Assembly (NCBI GenBank): GCA_026413765.1
Contig: JAOAKI010000004.1
Location: forward strand, 33,513-97,512
Length of the DNA stretch: 64,000 nt
Direction of reading: 5' to 3'
Source of the DNA: Candidatus Micrarchaeota archaeon
GTDB taxonomy: Archaea > Micrarchaeota > Micrarchaeia > Anstonellales > Anstonellaceae
This document shows, piece after piece, positions 37,472 to 46,630 of the stretch. The notes under the pieces were generated by a model. It ran no database searches. It saw nothing but the letters and a program-made list of their open reading frames with translations, and was not told the origin of the DNA. Every line of letters begins with the position of its first letter. Position 1 is the stretch's first letter. The translations under genes and the position numbers were made by a program.

Positions 37472-39961
37472 CTATCCCTTTTTGAAGAGGCTAGTGATTG
37501 AAAACTTATTTTCCGGCTCGTTCAGAATCGCGGTATAGTAGGCTGGAATGATGCTTTCGATTTGTTCTTTTTCGTCTGCACGCCTGTAAATAGACAGTTT
37601 AGCGGCAACTACTTCTTTTTGCTCTTTTTTTGGAAGCTTTACGACCTCATCCATTGGAAGTAAGATTGCTGCTGCCTTGAAGGTCTCAAAGTCTCCGTTC
37701 ATCAAAGAATGCTTCATGATTTCCAAAAGCTCTTGTGGCGTGGGCACTTTGCCTACATATTTTATTTGCTCAGACATCACATCCAGGTAGGCCGTGAACC
37801 GCATTTCCCTATCTTTTATTTTGGATACTGTGGTAAGCGACGCCTCAAAATTTCCTGCCTTTGCTTGCCCTATTGCAATCTGTTTGTATGACTCATTTCG
37901 CATCTCTTCATTTTCTATCTTTTCTGCTATGCTGAGGGCCTGTTCAAATAATCCAGCATTTACCTGCACATCCAAAATCTGCCTGCAAATTAGAGTAAAA
38001 ACCGTTTTATCGTTTGATTTATAGGCAGTTGCAAGAGCCTGCTCAAAAAGCCCAGCCTTTGCTTGCTCTACTGCAATTTGTCGGTACGCCAGCAAGCTAG
38101 AAAGATGCTGCTTTGCTATCATGTCTGCAATCTTTATGGCTTGTTCAAACCTTCCGGCTTTTGCCAGTCTTGATGCAATATACTCATATACCAAATAGCG
38201 GTTGGACATGTCTTCTATCTTCATGGCAGTGCTTAGCGCATCATCAAACCTTCCTGCATTTGCCTGCTCTTCTGCAATCTGTCTGTATGCTTCATGAATG
38301 CCTCCCTTCACTTCTATTTTTTCTGCCGTTCTTAACGCCTGTTCAAAAAGCCCAGCCTTTGCCTGCTCTGCTGCAATTTGTTGGTAGGCCAAACAGCGAT
38401 AGACTTTATATTGCTCTATTTTATTTCCATTTTTGTCCATAGTCCTTATCTTGTCCACAGTGCTTAGCGCATCTTCAAACCTTCCAGCTTTTGCCATCCT
38501 TGATGCAACATCTGCATAGGTAGCATAGAGGACGTTTTCATCCAATATTTTCTCGGCAATACTTAGTGCATCATCAAACCTTCCTGCATTTGCATGTCCC
38601 AATGCAATCAGATTATATACTTCAAATCGTCTTTTGTCTGCCCCTATTTTCTCTGCAATCTTTAGCGCATCACTGAATTTTCCTGCCATTGCCAGCTCTG
38701 ACGCAATCTCTACATAGGCAGAATAGCGATAGTTGCTGTCTTCTATTTTGTCCACAGTGCTTAGTGCCTTCTCCAACCTTCCTGCTTTTAGACGCTCTTC
38801 TGCAATTTTTTTGTATAGATAATAGCGCAGATCATTTCTTTCTATCTTGCTAGCCGTATCAACGGCATGCTCAAGAAGCCCCATATTCAACTCTTCTAAT
38901 GCAATCGTGCCGTATGTTGAAGGGCCGTAAAGTTTTATGTTTTTTATCTCACCTGCCATTCTTACAGCATCTCCAAACTTTCCAATTTTTGCCAATTCTG
39001 CTGCAATCCTGCTGTATAGAGAATCGCGGCCTTCCTCTTCTATTTTTGAAGCAGTCATGAGCGCATGCCTGAACAATCCTGTCTTTGCCTGCTCTATGGC
39101 AATCTGTTGGTATGCCCGCAAGCGATAGCTTTCAGATCTTATTTCAGATGCTGAAGCGAGTGCTTGGGCAAATGCTTTTTCTGAATTTTCGCCAGCCTTT
39201 GTCTGCTCTACTGCAATGGCAAAATATGCTTCAAAACGCTCTCCTGGCTCCTGAATTTTAGATGCCAGCCGAATGGCTTGCTTGAATAATCTTGCCTTTG
39301 CCTGCTCCTCTACGATGCGCCGGTATGCCGGGGAGCTCTGATAGCTGCACTGTATTTTCTCTGCAATCTTTAGCGCATCACTGAATTTTCCTGCCATTGC
39401 CAGCTCTGACGCAATCTCTACATAGGCAGAATAGCGATAGTCGCTGTCTTTTATCTTCTCTGCAGTGCGTAGCGCATCCTTGACCCTTCCAGCCTTTGCC
39501 TGCTCTTCTGCAATTTTTTCGTATGTTTTTTCGCATTCAATGCTGTACTTTCTTAGCCTGGATACTGCAATAACAGCCTGCTCAAAAAGCCCAGCCTTTG
39601 CCTGCTCTTCTGCAATTTGGCTATATGCCAAAGAGTGATATGCTTGGCTTTTTATTCTTGAGGCTGTATTAAGGGCTTGGTCAAAAAAGCCCATTCTTGC
39701 CTGCTCCAATGCAAAGTTCACGTATCCTTTCCTATCGAAAAGGTCCTCGTATCTATTTTTAGAAAGAAAATCAATGATTTCGGAGCACTTTTGGCAGGCT
39801 TCAAGCAACCTCTTTGCGGTTTTTATCTTTTCAGAAATCTCTGCAGTTGTTAGAATTTCTTCCTTCAGAGGATTTCTGAAAGCTTTGCTTTTGCTTTGAT
39901 TAGAATGTGCATCTCCACAACCTGCCATTTGCATATTTTTTGAAAATGAGGCATTTGCCAT
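37472..39961 (-). CDS. TPR-like helical repeat protein
   Basis: Many ~36-aa repeats AY.QIA.EQAKAG.F..AL..A.KI; RBS GGGGTG before 39961. Confidence 0.85.
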   Translation of the reverse strand: MANASFSKNMQMAGCGDAHSNQSKSKAFRNPLKEEILTTAEISEKIKTAKRLLEACQKCSEIIDFLSKNRYEDLFDRKGYVNFALEQARMGFFDQALNTASRIKSQAYHSLAYSQIAEEQAKAGLFEQAVIAVSRLRKYSIECEKTYEKIAEEQAKAGRVKDALRTAEKIKDSDYRYSAYVEIASELAMAGKFSDALKIAEKIQCSYQSSPAYRRIVEEQAKARLFKQAIRLASKIQEPGERFEAYFAIAVEQTKAGENSEKAFAQALASASEIRSESYRLRAYQQIAIEQAKTGLFRHALMTASKIEEEGRDSLYSRIAAELAKIGKFGDAVRMAGEIKNIKLYGPSTYGTIALEELNMGLLEHAVDTASKIERNDLRYYLYKKIAEERLKAGRLEKALSTVDKIEDSNYRYSAYVEIASELAMAGKFSDALKIAEKIGADKRRFEVYNLIALGHANAGRFDDALSIAEKILDENVLYATYADVASRMAKAGRFEDALSTVDKIRTMDKNGNKIEQYKVYRCLAYQQIAAEQAKAGLFEQALRTAEKIEVKGGIHEAYRQIAEEQANAGRFDDALSTAMKIEDMSNRYLVYEYIASRLAKAGRFEQAIKIADMIAKQHLSSLLAYRQIAVEQAKAGLFEQALATAYKSNDKTVFTLICRQILDVQVNAGLFEQALSIAEKIENEEMRNESYKQIAIGQAKAGNFEASLTTVSKIKDREMRFTAYLDVMSEQIKYVGKVPTPQELLEIMKHSLMNGDFETFKAAAILLPMDEVVKLPKKEQKEVVAAKLSIYRRADEKEQIESIIPAYYTAILNEPENKFSITSLFKKG
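38645..39441. repeat. Exact 89-bp intragenic duplication (38645-38733 and 39353-39441)
   Basis: Both copies encode YRYSAYVEIASELAMAGKFSDALKIAEKI; offset 708 bp, in frame. Confidence 0.9.
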
Positions 39962-40174
39962 ATCACACCCCCCTATTTGCATTTTTGCAACAATTTTTCT
40001 GACCGGAAATGATAGCCTTAACAAAAAGCATAGCTTCTTTGCCAGCAGACTTATATGCCATATTTAACCACTATTAGCTACTTTATTTATTTCAATAACT
40101 ATTTTTAAATCTATCTTTTCTGCAAATTCCAGCTGCTGTGTATAATTCTTTAAAAACCAGGCTCACATATCTTT

Positions 40175-40242
40175 TTGCTATGATGACACCGCTCCAGTTG
40201 GTTAGCCAAAAGCAATGACCATGCGGAGTAGCTTCTGAGCAA
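40175..40242 (+). ncRNA. Box C/D guide sRNA candidate
   Basis: Terminal stem TTGC/GCAA, C ATGATGA, C'-like ATGACCA, D CTGA; D' degenerate; TATA-like TTTAAAAA about 25 nt upstream. Confidence 0.75.
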
Positions 40243-40261
40243 GCAAGGCAGGCTGATTTGG

Positions 40262-40804
40262 GTGAAAAAAGCGTTATTTTTGGACCGAGACGGGACGCTG
40301 ATTGAAGACGTCGGCTATGCGCACAAGCCAGAGCAGCTCAAGCTTCTGCCCGGCGTTGTTGATGGGCTCAAGCTTCTCCAGAAGCATTATCTTTTTTTCA
40401 TCATAACCAACCAGCCGGGGATAGGGAAAGGCTACTACACTGTGCAAGATTTTCACATTTTCAACAATCTTCTCATCGAGATTCTCAAAAAAGAAAAGAT
40501 AGAGATACAAAGGACTTATTTCTGCCCGCATGTTGAAGGATGCGACTGCAAGAAGCCAAGCACGAAGTATGTTCGCCAAATTGTCCAAGAGTTCGACATT
40601 GACATAAGCTCTTGCTGGGTTTTGGGCGACCATCCGTCCGATGTGCTGATGGGAATCAATGCTGGCTGCAGGACAATTTATCTGCTTAGCGGGCACGGCG
40701 CCAAGCATTTTGCTGAGCTGAAAGAAAAGGGGATCTCTCCTAATTTCATAGCGCACGATTTTTACTCTGCAGCACAATACATATTGATGGATGGGGTAAA
40801 ATGA
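40262..40804 (+). CDS. HAD-IIIA phosphatase (GmhB/histidinol-phosphatase family)
   Basis: FLDRDGTL, ITNQPG, CPH...CDCKKP, GDHPSD. Confidence 0.92.
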   Translation: MKKALFLDRDGTLIEDVGYAHKPEQLKLLPGVVDGLKLLQKHYLFFIITNQPGIGKGYYTVQDFHIFNNLLIEILKKEKIEIQRTYFCPHVEGCDCKKPSTKYVRQIVQEFDIDISSCWVLGDHPSDVLMGINAGCRTIYLLSGHGAKHFAELKEKGISPNFIAHDFYSAAQYILMDGVK

Positions 40805-41832
40805 AAAGGACGCTTTTGATTAAGATTGAAAATCTAAATTCGATTGAAAGCAAGCTTAAGAAAGCAGCAGTGATTCTGAGAAAAGGCGGGACAGTAGCTT
40901 TCCCAACCGAAACTGTCTATGGGTTGGGGGCAGACGCTTTCAATCCTGATGCCGTAAAAAAAATTTTCAAGGCAAAAAATAGACCTTTTGACGACCCATT
41001 GATTGTGCATATTGCTGACCTGAAAGATCTCAATTTGCTTACACCACGAATTCCTCGAAAGGCAAAGCTAATAATTGACAATTTCTGGCCAGGTCCTATC
41101 ACGTTGGTATTGAAAAAAAGGAAATCGCTGCCAGACATTACAACAGGAGGCTTGCCCACTGTCGCAGTGCGCATGCCTGCGCATAAGATTGCTCTTGAGC
41201 TGATAAAACTGTCTCAGACTCCTATAGCAGCGCCATCCGCAAATCTTTTCGGGAAACCAAGCCCAACTTCAGCAAAGCATGTGATTGAGGATTTGTATGG
41301 GAAAATAGACGCAATCATCGATGCAGGAGATACAAAAATAGGCGTGGAGTCAACAGTTGTTGACTTAACTGTCGACCCGCCCGCAATATTGCGCCCAGGT
41401 GGAATCACAAGAGAGCAGCTGGAAAAAGTAGTGGGCAAAGTCAAGGTCTTAGGCAAAGATAAGCTCAGCAAGGATTTAGCCAAAAAGTCGCCTGGAACAA
41501 AATACAGGCATTACGCTCCAAAAGCAAAACTAATTCTTGTAGTTGGAGAAAAGAAAAAAGTCCGCCAAAAAATCAAGCAGCTTCTCTTGCTGCACAAAAG
41601 AAAAAAAATAGGGATTTTGCCAACTTCACGCGACTTCGACTATCAAATAGGACTAGTTAAATTCGCAGGGCAGTCTCAAAAGGCAGTTGCAAGAAGGCTT
41701 TTTGCGATTTTTCGCGAATTTGACAAAGAAGGCGTTGATTTAATCTTGGCTGAAGGTGTTGAGGAGAAGGGATTAGGTCTTGCCATCCTGAATAGAATGA
41801 AAAAAGCGGCACACAAAATAATCCATGTTTAA
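40801..41832 (+). CDS. sua5: Threonylcarbamoyl-AMP synthase Sua5
   Basis: FPTETVYGLGA, KNRP.DDPLIVH, APSAN, PGTKYRHYAP, SUA5 C-terminal domain. Confidence 0.96.
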   Translation: MKRTLLIKIENLNSIESKLKKAAVILRKGGTVAFPTETVYGLGADAFNPDAVKKIFKAKNRPFDDPLIVHIADLKDLNLLTPRIPRKAKLIIDNFWPGPITLVLKKRKSLPDITTGGLPTVAVRMPAHKIALELIKLSQTPIAAPSANLFGKPSPTSAKHVIEDLYGKIDAIIDAGDTKIGVESTVVDLTVDPPAILRPGGITREQLEKVVGKVKVLGKDKLSKDLAKKSPGTKYRHYAPKAKLILVVGEKKKVRQKIKQLLLLHKRKKIGILPTSRDFDYQIGLVKFAGQSQKAVARRLFAIFREFDKEGVDLILAEGVEEKGLGLAILNRMKKAAHKIIHV

Positions 41833-42602
41833 ATCTCCAGTTCCATTCCGTCATGAGCCGCAACTGTGGGTTGAAAAATTTTTTGGGCCGCCCTTTGCGC
41901 CTCCTCCCTTGTCTCTTTCGTCTTGTAAAGGTGGGCAATAAAGTGCGTCAGACAAAGCATCTTGCATTTTGCTTTCTTTGCAATCTTGGCGGCAGCTTCA
42001 GGAGACATGTGGGGCCAGTCCGAGCTTGTTTTTTGGCCAGGCAACAATCCGCATTCAGTTATCAGCATGTCCGCATTTTTTGCAAGAAGGTAGATGTTCT
42101 TGCATGAGCCAGTGTCGGTGCAATATGCTATTTTTTTGCTGCCAAGCTCGAAACGGAAGCCAAAACAAGGGTCCGCATGGACAAGCGGAGCGGCAATCAC
42201 CTCAATATTCTCACCAATCTTCTTCTTTTTCCAAGGACTAATCTCATGTATGTCAACTTCCAAGCCTATCTCTTCAAGCTCTTTAGGCGAGGCAGTGAAT
42301 GGGTGGTTCAGCAGCTGTGCTAAGATTTTTTTTGTTCCCGGCTGGCCGAAAATTTTAATTTTTTTCATTTTAGTCAGCTTTGGCAGCACATGCAGCCCAA
42401 AGACATGGTCCAAATGAAAATGCGAAAGAAAAAGAAAGAATTTTCTTTTACCATTCTTTTCTTTTTCAAGCCTTGTCAGGCCTTCTCCTGCATCCAATAT
42501 TATTGTGCTTTTGCCAAAGCTAATTGTCGCGCAGACAGTATGGCCTGTTTCTGTAGTGTACCAGCCATTCGTTCCAAAAAATTTTACCTTTATTTTATCC
42601 AT
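41829..42602 (-). CDS. RNase Z-like metallo-beta-lactamase fold hydrolase
   Basis: GTNG, LDAGEG, SHFHLDH, YCTDT, LTHF, AHDG. Confidence 0.85.
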   Translation of the reverse strand: MDKIKVKFFGTNGWYTTETGHTVCATISFGKSTIILDAGEGLTRLEKEKNGKRKFFLFLSHFHLDHVFGLHVLPKLTKMKKIKIFGQPGTKKILAQLLNHPFTASPKELEEIGLEVDIHEISPWKKKKIGENIEVIAAPLVHADPCFGFRFELGSKKIAYCTDTGSCKNIYLLAKNADMLITECGLLPGQKTSSDWPHMSPEAAAKIAKKAKCKMLCLTHFIAHLYKTKETREEAQRAAQKIFQPTVAAHDGMELEI

Positions 42603-42651
42603 AGTTCGGATTCTCCACATATTTTTTAAATTGTTGGCTAGAAAAAATAGC

Positions 42652-43848
42652 GTGCCTTTCAACTTAAGCCATCTATTGCTGGCTACGCTTTTAGCTTCTT
42701 TAATTTTTGTTGGCTGGTCTTATCTTAGCCTCTCCTCTCAGTTTTCAGAGCTTTCTGATTCGCATCGCCAGGCGCTCTTGCAGCTGCAGCAGCTCCAGAA
42801 AAATTACTCGCATCTCCAAAGCCAATATTTAGCTGCACAGCAGTCTTTTTTACAGCAAATGCTGGAGGCAAACCGTACAATCGACAAGCTTTCTTTTGAG
42901 CTCAATCAGTCCAGGCAAAAAGCCTCTGAATTAAGCCAAGAGCTGGAACAAAAAGAACATCTTCTCAAGGCGCAGATTCGGCAGCTGGAGCAACTCAAAG
43001 AGGAATTCTCCAGCATGGAAAAGAACATCTCCTCCTCTATCGAATGGTTCCGCCAAAACGCCGCCTTCCGCGAAGAGCATGGAGAGAAAGCCAAGGTTTA
43101 TCTTAAAAGGGTGCTGGAAGATTGCGTTGATGGCCAAGAGCTTAATTTAGCATGCATGAGCTATTTGATGGAGAATGCCGCTTTCGCAGTCCATTATCGG
43201 ATTGATATCGAATCAGTGGGCAAAGAGGATTTCTTGCAAAGCGTCAAGCAGACAATAGACAGCGGCTGGGGAGACTGCGAAGACTACTCTTTGCTGTTCA
43301 AGGCGGCTCTGAACTCACTCAAGCAAACGCAACCAAACCTAAAAATAGTGGGATGGCAAAGAGCTGAAAGCGGCATCTTCTACATCTATCCAAAAGAAAG
43401 CATTGTTCTCAAAGACCCTTATACTTCTTACTGGTATTATCCGAATGCCCGCAAAGCCTATCTGGGAGAGCTGGGAGCGTCAAACTTTTTTGTCGTATGC
43501 TTTGACACAATGGGGACTTATGGGCATTGCACAGTTGCAATTTCCGAAAAGCCAGTTCTTTCAATCAACGAAGTTTTTTCTTTGGCGGGGGCAAGGAATT
43601 TTGAGCCGCAGAATGGAGAATTTTTAGGAATTATAGGTGATGGAAGAAGCGATGTAGAATTAGAGATCGGTGATAAGGAGTTCTACTTTGACTATGACAT
43701 TTGCAGCCTTGAAGAGTGTCCCACTCTTTCTCCATATAAAATTCGCCTAATAATAACCGATTCGGATCTGTTTAAATTCTATAATGGCAAATGGACAAGC
43801 TATGGTGATTATCAGGCAAAAATAAAACAGTTGCTAAAGAATTTGTAG
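42652..43848 (+). CDS. Membrane-anchored coiled-coil protein with transglutaminase-like cysteine protease domain
   Basis: N-terminal TM, Q/E/L heptads, GDCEDY (Cys), GHC (His), FEPQ (acidic residue). Confidence 0.75.
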   Translation: MPFNLSHLLLATLLASLIFVGWSYLSLSSQFSELSDSHRQALLQLQQLQKNYSHLQSQYLAAQQSFLQQMLEANRTIDKLSFELNQSRQKASELSQELEQKEHLLKAQIRQLEQLKEEFSSMEKNISSSIEWFRQNAAFREEHGEKAKVYLKRVLEDCVDGQELNLACMSYLMENAAFAVHYRIDIESVGKEDFLQSVKQTIDSGWGDCEDYSLLFKAALNSLKQTQPNLKIVGWQRAESGIFYIYPKESIVLKDPYTSYWYYPNARKAYLGELGASNFFVVCFDTMGTYGHCTVAISEKPVLSINEVFSLAGARNFEPQNGEFLGIIGDGRSDVELEIGDKEFYFDYDICSLEECPTLSPYKIRLIITDSDLFKFYNGKWTSYGDYQAKIKQLLKNL

Positions 43849-43866
43849 CATGTGGGTTGTGGTTTT

Positions 43867-44946
43867 ATGAAAATCGAGCAAATAAGCGTGCTTGATGCAT
43901 CCGATCCGGTTTCAAAAGCAATCAATGAGATTTCCAAGACGGGCCTTCCTGTTGTTGTTATGAGAAACAAGAAATATGTCGGCTTGATTGATGAAAGGGC
44001 AATACGCCACAGAATCGCAGACATATCCAAGGAGAAATGCGAATCAGTCGCTGAAAAATCGCCAGTGCTTGAGCCAGAAGCCTCGGTGTTGGATGCCTCA
44101 AAGGCATTCTTTGCAGGCAGGTTCAAAGCAATACCGGTGATAAAAAACGGCAAGGTTTTTGGAGCAATCACAAGAAGAACGCTTCTTTCCGAGCTTCTTT
44201 CTTCAAAGTTTTTGTCCAAAAAGAGAGTTTCAGATGTGATGTCCTTTCCAGTAGCGACTATCGACATCAGCTCGACTATCGGTCAGGCAAGAAGCGAGTT
44301 GCGCAGGCACAACATCCGCAGGTTAGTTGTCACAAAAAACGGTAGAATCGCAGGCATTCTTTCGGTCTTTGACCTTGCGTTTCACATGACCAAGCCAAAA
44401 CAAGCTGAAACTTTCTATCTTAGCGGGGCAAAAGAAAGCATTGACGACCAGCCAGTCTCATCGTACATGAAAGAGCAAGTCGAAACTGTCCAAGAGACAG
44501 AGACCCTTGCATCCGCTGTGAAAAAGATGCTTGAAAAACATGTTTCTGCATTGGTTGTGTCGGAAGGCGGCTACCCACGAGGCATCGTCACTGCAAAAGA
44601 TATATTCCACACAATATTGGAGGAGCAAAAGCCAGCCAGGGTATTTGTCTCAGGCTTGCATGATTCTCATAAGGATGCTCATGATTATATCGTAAAGGAA
44701 GGGGAAAAGCTTATCCAAAAAGTCGGCAAAAGTTTTCCGATAACCTCGATAGCATTCCACGTGAAAACAGAGGGCGCTGGCTTTCTTGTGAGAGCAAAAA
44801 TACACACACCAAGAAAGTCTTACAATGCATCTGCAAGCGATTTCCGCCTTGAGGGGGCAATTGACAAAGCGATTGATGAGCTGCGGCTGCTTGTTTCTAA
44901 AGATAAAAAAACAGGTGTTGGCCTGAGGAGAGTTTCTCAAGACTAA
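43867..44946 (+). CDS. Four-CBS domain protein with C-terminal HPF/RaiA-like domain
   Basis: Tandem CBS repeats (GLIDER, GAITRR, GILSVFD, GIVTAKD); C-terminal beta-alpha-beta-beta-beta-alpha segment ending AIDKAIDELR. Confidence 0.75.
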   Translation: MKIEQISVLDASDPVSKAINEISKTGLPVVVMRNKKYVGLIDERAIRHRIADISKEKCESVAEKSPVLEPEASVLDASKAFFAGRFKAIPVIKNGKVFGAITRRTLLSELLSSKFLSKKRVSDVMSFPVATIDISSTIGQARSELRRHNIRRLVVTKNGRIAGILSVFDLAFHMTKPKQAETFYLSGAKESIDDQPVSSYMKEQVETVQETETLASAVKKMLEKHVSALVVSEGGYPRGIVTAKDIFHTILEEQKPARVFVSGLHDSHKDAHDYIVKEGEKLIQKVGKSFPITSIAFHVKTEGAGFLVRAKIHTPRKSYNASASDFRLEGAIDKAIDELRLLVSKDKKTGVGLRRVSQD

Positions 44947-44955
44947 GGTTGTTTT

Positions 44956-45861
44956 ATGCTTGCTGTTTCATTTTGTGGCATGCGCTTGAGAAACCCGCTT
45001 ATTTTGGCATCAGGAATTCGCGGAAACAGCGCAGACCTGCTTATCCGCGCCGCCAAAGAGGGTGCGGGAGCAGTGACATCAAAATCCTGCTCTTTGAAAC
45101 CGCGCGAAGGGCATGCAAATCCGACCGCAGTCAACGAAGGAGCAGTATGGCTTAATGCAATAGGGCTTTCAAATCCAGGCGTAGAAGAAGAGGTGGTTGA
45201 GCTTAAGAAGGCAGTGAAGCATTGCGGCGTGCCAGTTATTGCAAGCATCGTCGGGTTTTCTGTTGAAGAATTCGGGCTAGTTGCGTCAAAAATCTCCCAG
45301 GCAAATCCAGCCATGATCGAGATAGATGCTTCTTGCCCAAATGTAGAGGGAAAAGGAAAAATGTTTTCAAGCTGTGTTGAGGATGCTGTCCTTGTTACAA
45401 GAGAAGTCCGCAAGTCGACATCTTTGCCTATCTCAATCAAGCTTTCTGCCGATGTCCCAAACATAGGCGAAATAGCCTCTGAATGCATTTCCGCAGGCGC
45501 AAATTGCATAACTGCAATCAACACTGTTGGCGGAATGTATATTGATGCTTACGCGCAGCGGCCAGTGCTCCACAACTGGTTTGGCGGCGTATCTGGCCCT
45601 GCCATCAAGCCAATAGCCCTCAAGGCAGTCTACAACATTAGGAAAGCAGTTGGACCTGATGTGCCGATTATAGGAACAGGCGGAGTGGTCACAGGATTAG
45701 ATGCGGTTGAGATGATTATGGCGGGAGCAACTGCGGTTGGGATAGGAACAGCAGTTGCGATAAGAAAAAACGCCTTCCGGGAAATTTCAAAAGAGATGAA
45801 AGCATTCATGAAGAAAAAAGGCTTCAGGTCAATTTCTGACATAAAGCTTATCGAGAAGTGA
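44956..45861 (+). CDS. pyrD: Dihydroorotate dehydrogenase family 1B catalytic subunit
   Basis: NPLILASG, NAIGLSNPG, SCPN, GGVSGPAIKP. Confidence 0.96.
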   Translation: MLAVSFCGMRLRNPLILASGIRGNSADLLIRAAKEGAGAVTSKSCSLKPREGHANPTAVNEGAVWLNAIGLSNPGVEEEVVELKKAVKHCGVPVIASIVGFSVEEFGLVASKISQANPAMIEIDASCPNVEGKGKMFSSCVEDAVLVTREVRKSTSLPISIKLSADVPNIGEIASECISAGANCITAINTVGGMYIDAYAQRPVLHNWFGGVSGPAIKPIALKAVYNIRKAVGPDVPIIGTGGVVTGLDAVEMIMAGATAVGIGTAVAIRKNAFREISKEMKAFMKKKGFRSISDIKLIEK

Positions 45862-45865
45862 TCGC

Positions 45866-46630
45866 ATGCTTCCACAGCCAGTAAAGGTAGTAAAAATAGA
45901 AAAGGAAAACCAAAGTGTGGTTACTCTGACGCTTTCTTGCAGGATGCCAGAGGCAGTGCCTGGCCAGTTTTTGATGGTGTGGCTGCCTGCCCAGCAGGAG
46001 GAAAAGCCATATAGCCTGGCAGACAACGACCCTGTGAAAATCACGGTTGGGGCGCGCGGACCTTTCAGCACAGCTCTCTGCAGCCTGAAAAAAGGAGATT
46101 TTGTCTGGATAAGGGGCCCATATGGGAGAGGATTTGAGCTGAAGGGCAAAAAAATATTGCTGGTTGGGGGCGGATACGGCTTTGCGCCCCTAAGATTCCT
46201 TGCCAAAGAGGCGCGCAAAAAGAAGATCAGCGCAATTGCTGTTTGCGGAGCAAGGACCAAAAGCCTCCTTTTGAAAGCTGCATCCTGTAAAACGATTTAT
46301 ACGACCGATGACGGCTCTTATGGCATTCCCGGAAATGTATTGGCCGGCATGGCATTTCTTTTTAAGAAACACAAATTCGATTTAGTCTATAGTTGCGGAC
46401 CTGAAAAAATGATGCAGGCGGTAGCAAAAGAGGCAGAAAAAAGAAAGATAGCTTCTCAGCTTTTGCTCGAGCGCTATATGAAATGCGGCATAGGTGTTTG
46501 TGGCCATTGCTGCTGTGGTGAGCTGCTGGTTTGCGTTGATGGCCCGATGTTTTGGTACAGCCAGCTGAAGTCCAACCCGGAATTTGGAAAGATTTGGAGA
46601 GACAAAAGTGGAAAAAAGGTGTCAATCTGA
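45866..46630 (+). CDS. pyrK: Dihydroorotate dehydrogenase electron transfer subunit
   Basis: PGQFLMVW, RGPYGRGF, GGGYG, ERYMKCGIGVCGHC...CVDGP. Confidence 0.95.
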   Translation: MLPQPVKVVKIEKENQSVVTLTLSCRMPEAVPGQFLMVWLPAQQEEKPYSLADNDPVKITVGARGPFSTALCSLKKGDFVWIRGPYGRGFELKGKKILLVGGGYGFAPLRFLAKEARKKKISAIAVCGARTKSLLLKAASCKTIYTTDDGSYGIPGNVLAGMAFLFKKHKFDLVYSCGPEKMMQAVAKEAEKRKIASQLLLERYMKCGIGVCGHCCCGELLVCVDGPMFWYSQLKSNPEFGKIWRDKSGKKVSI

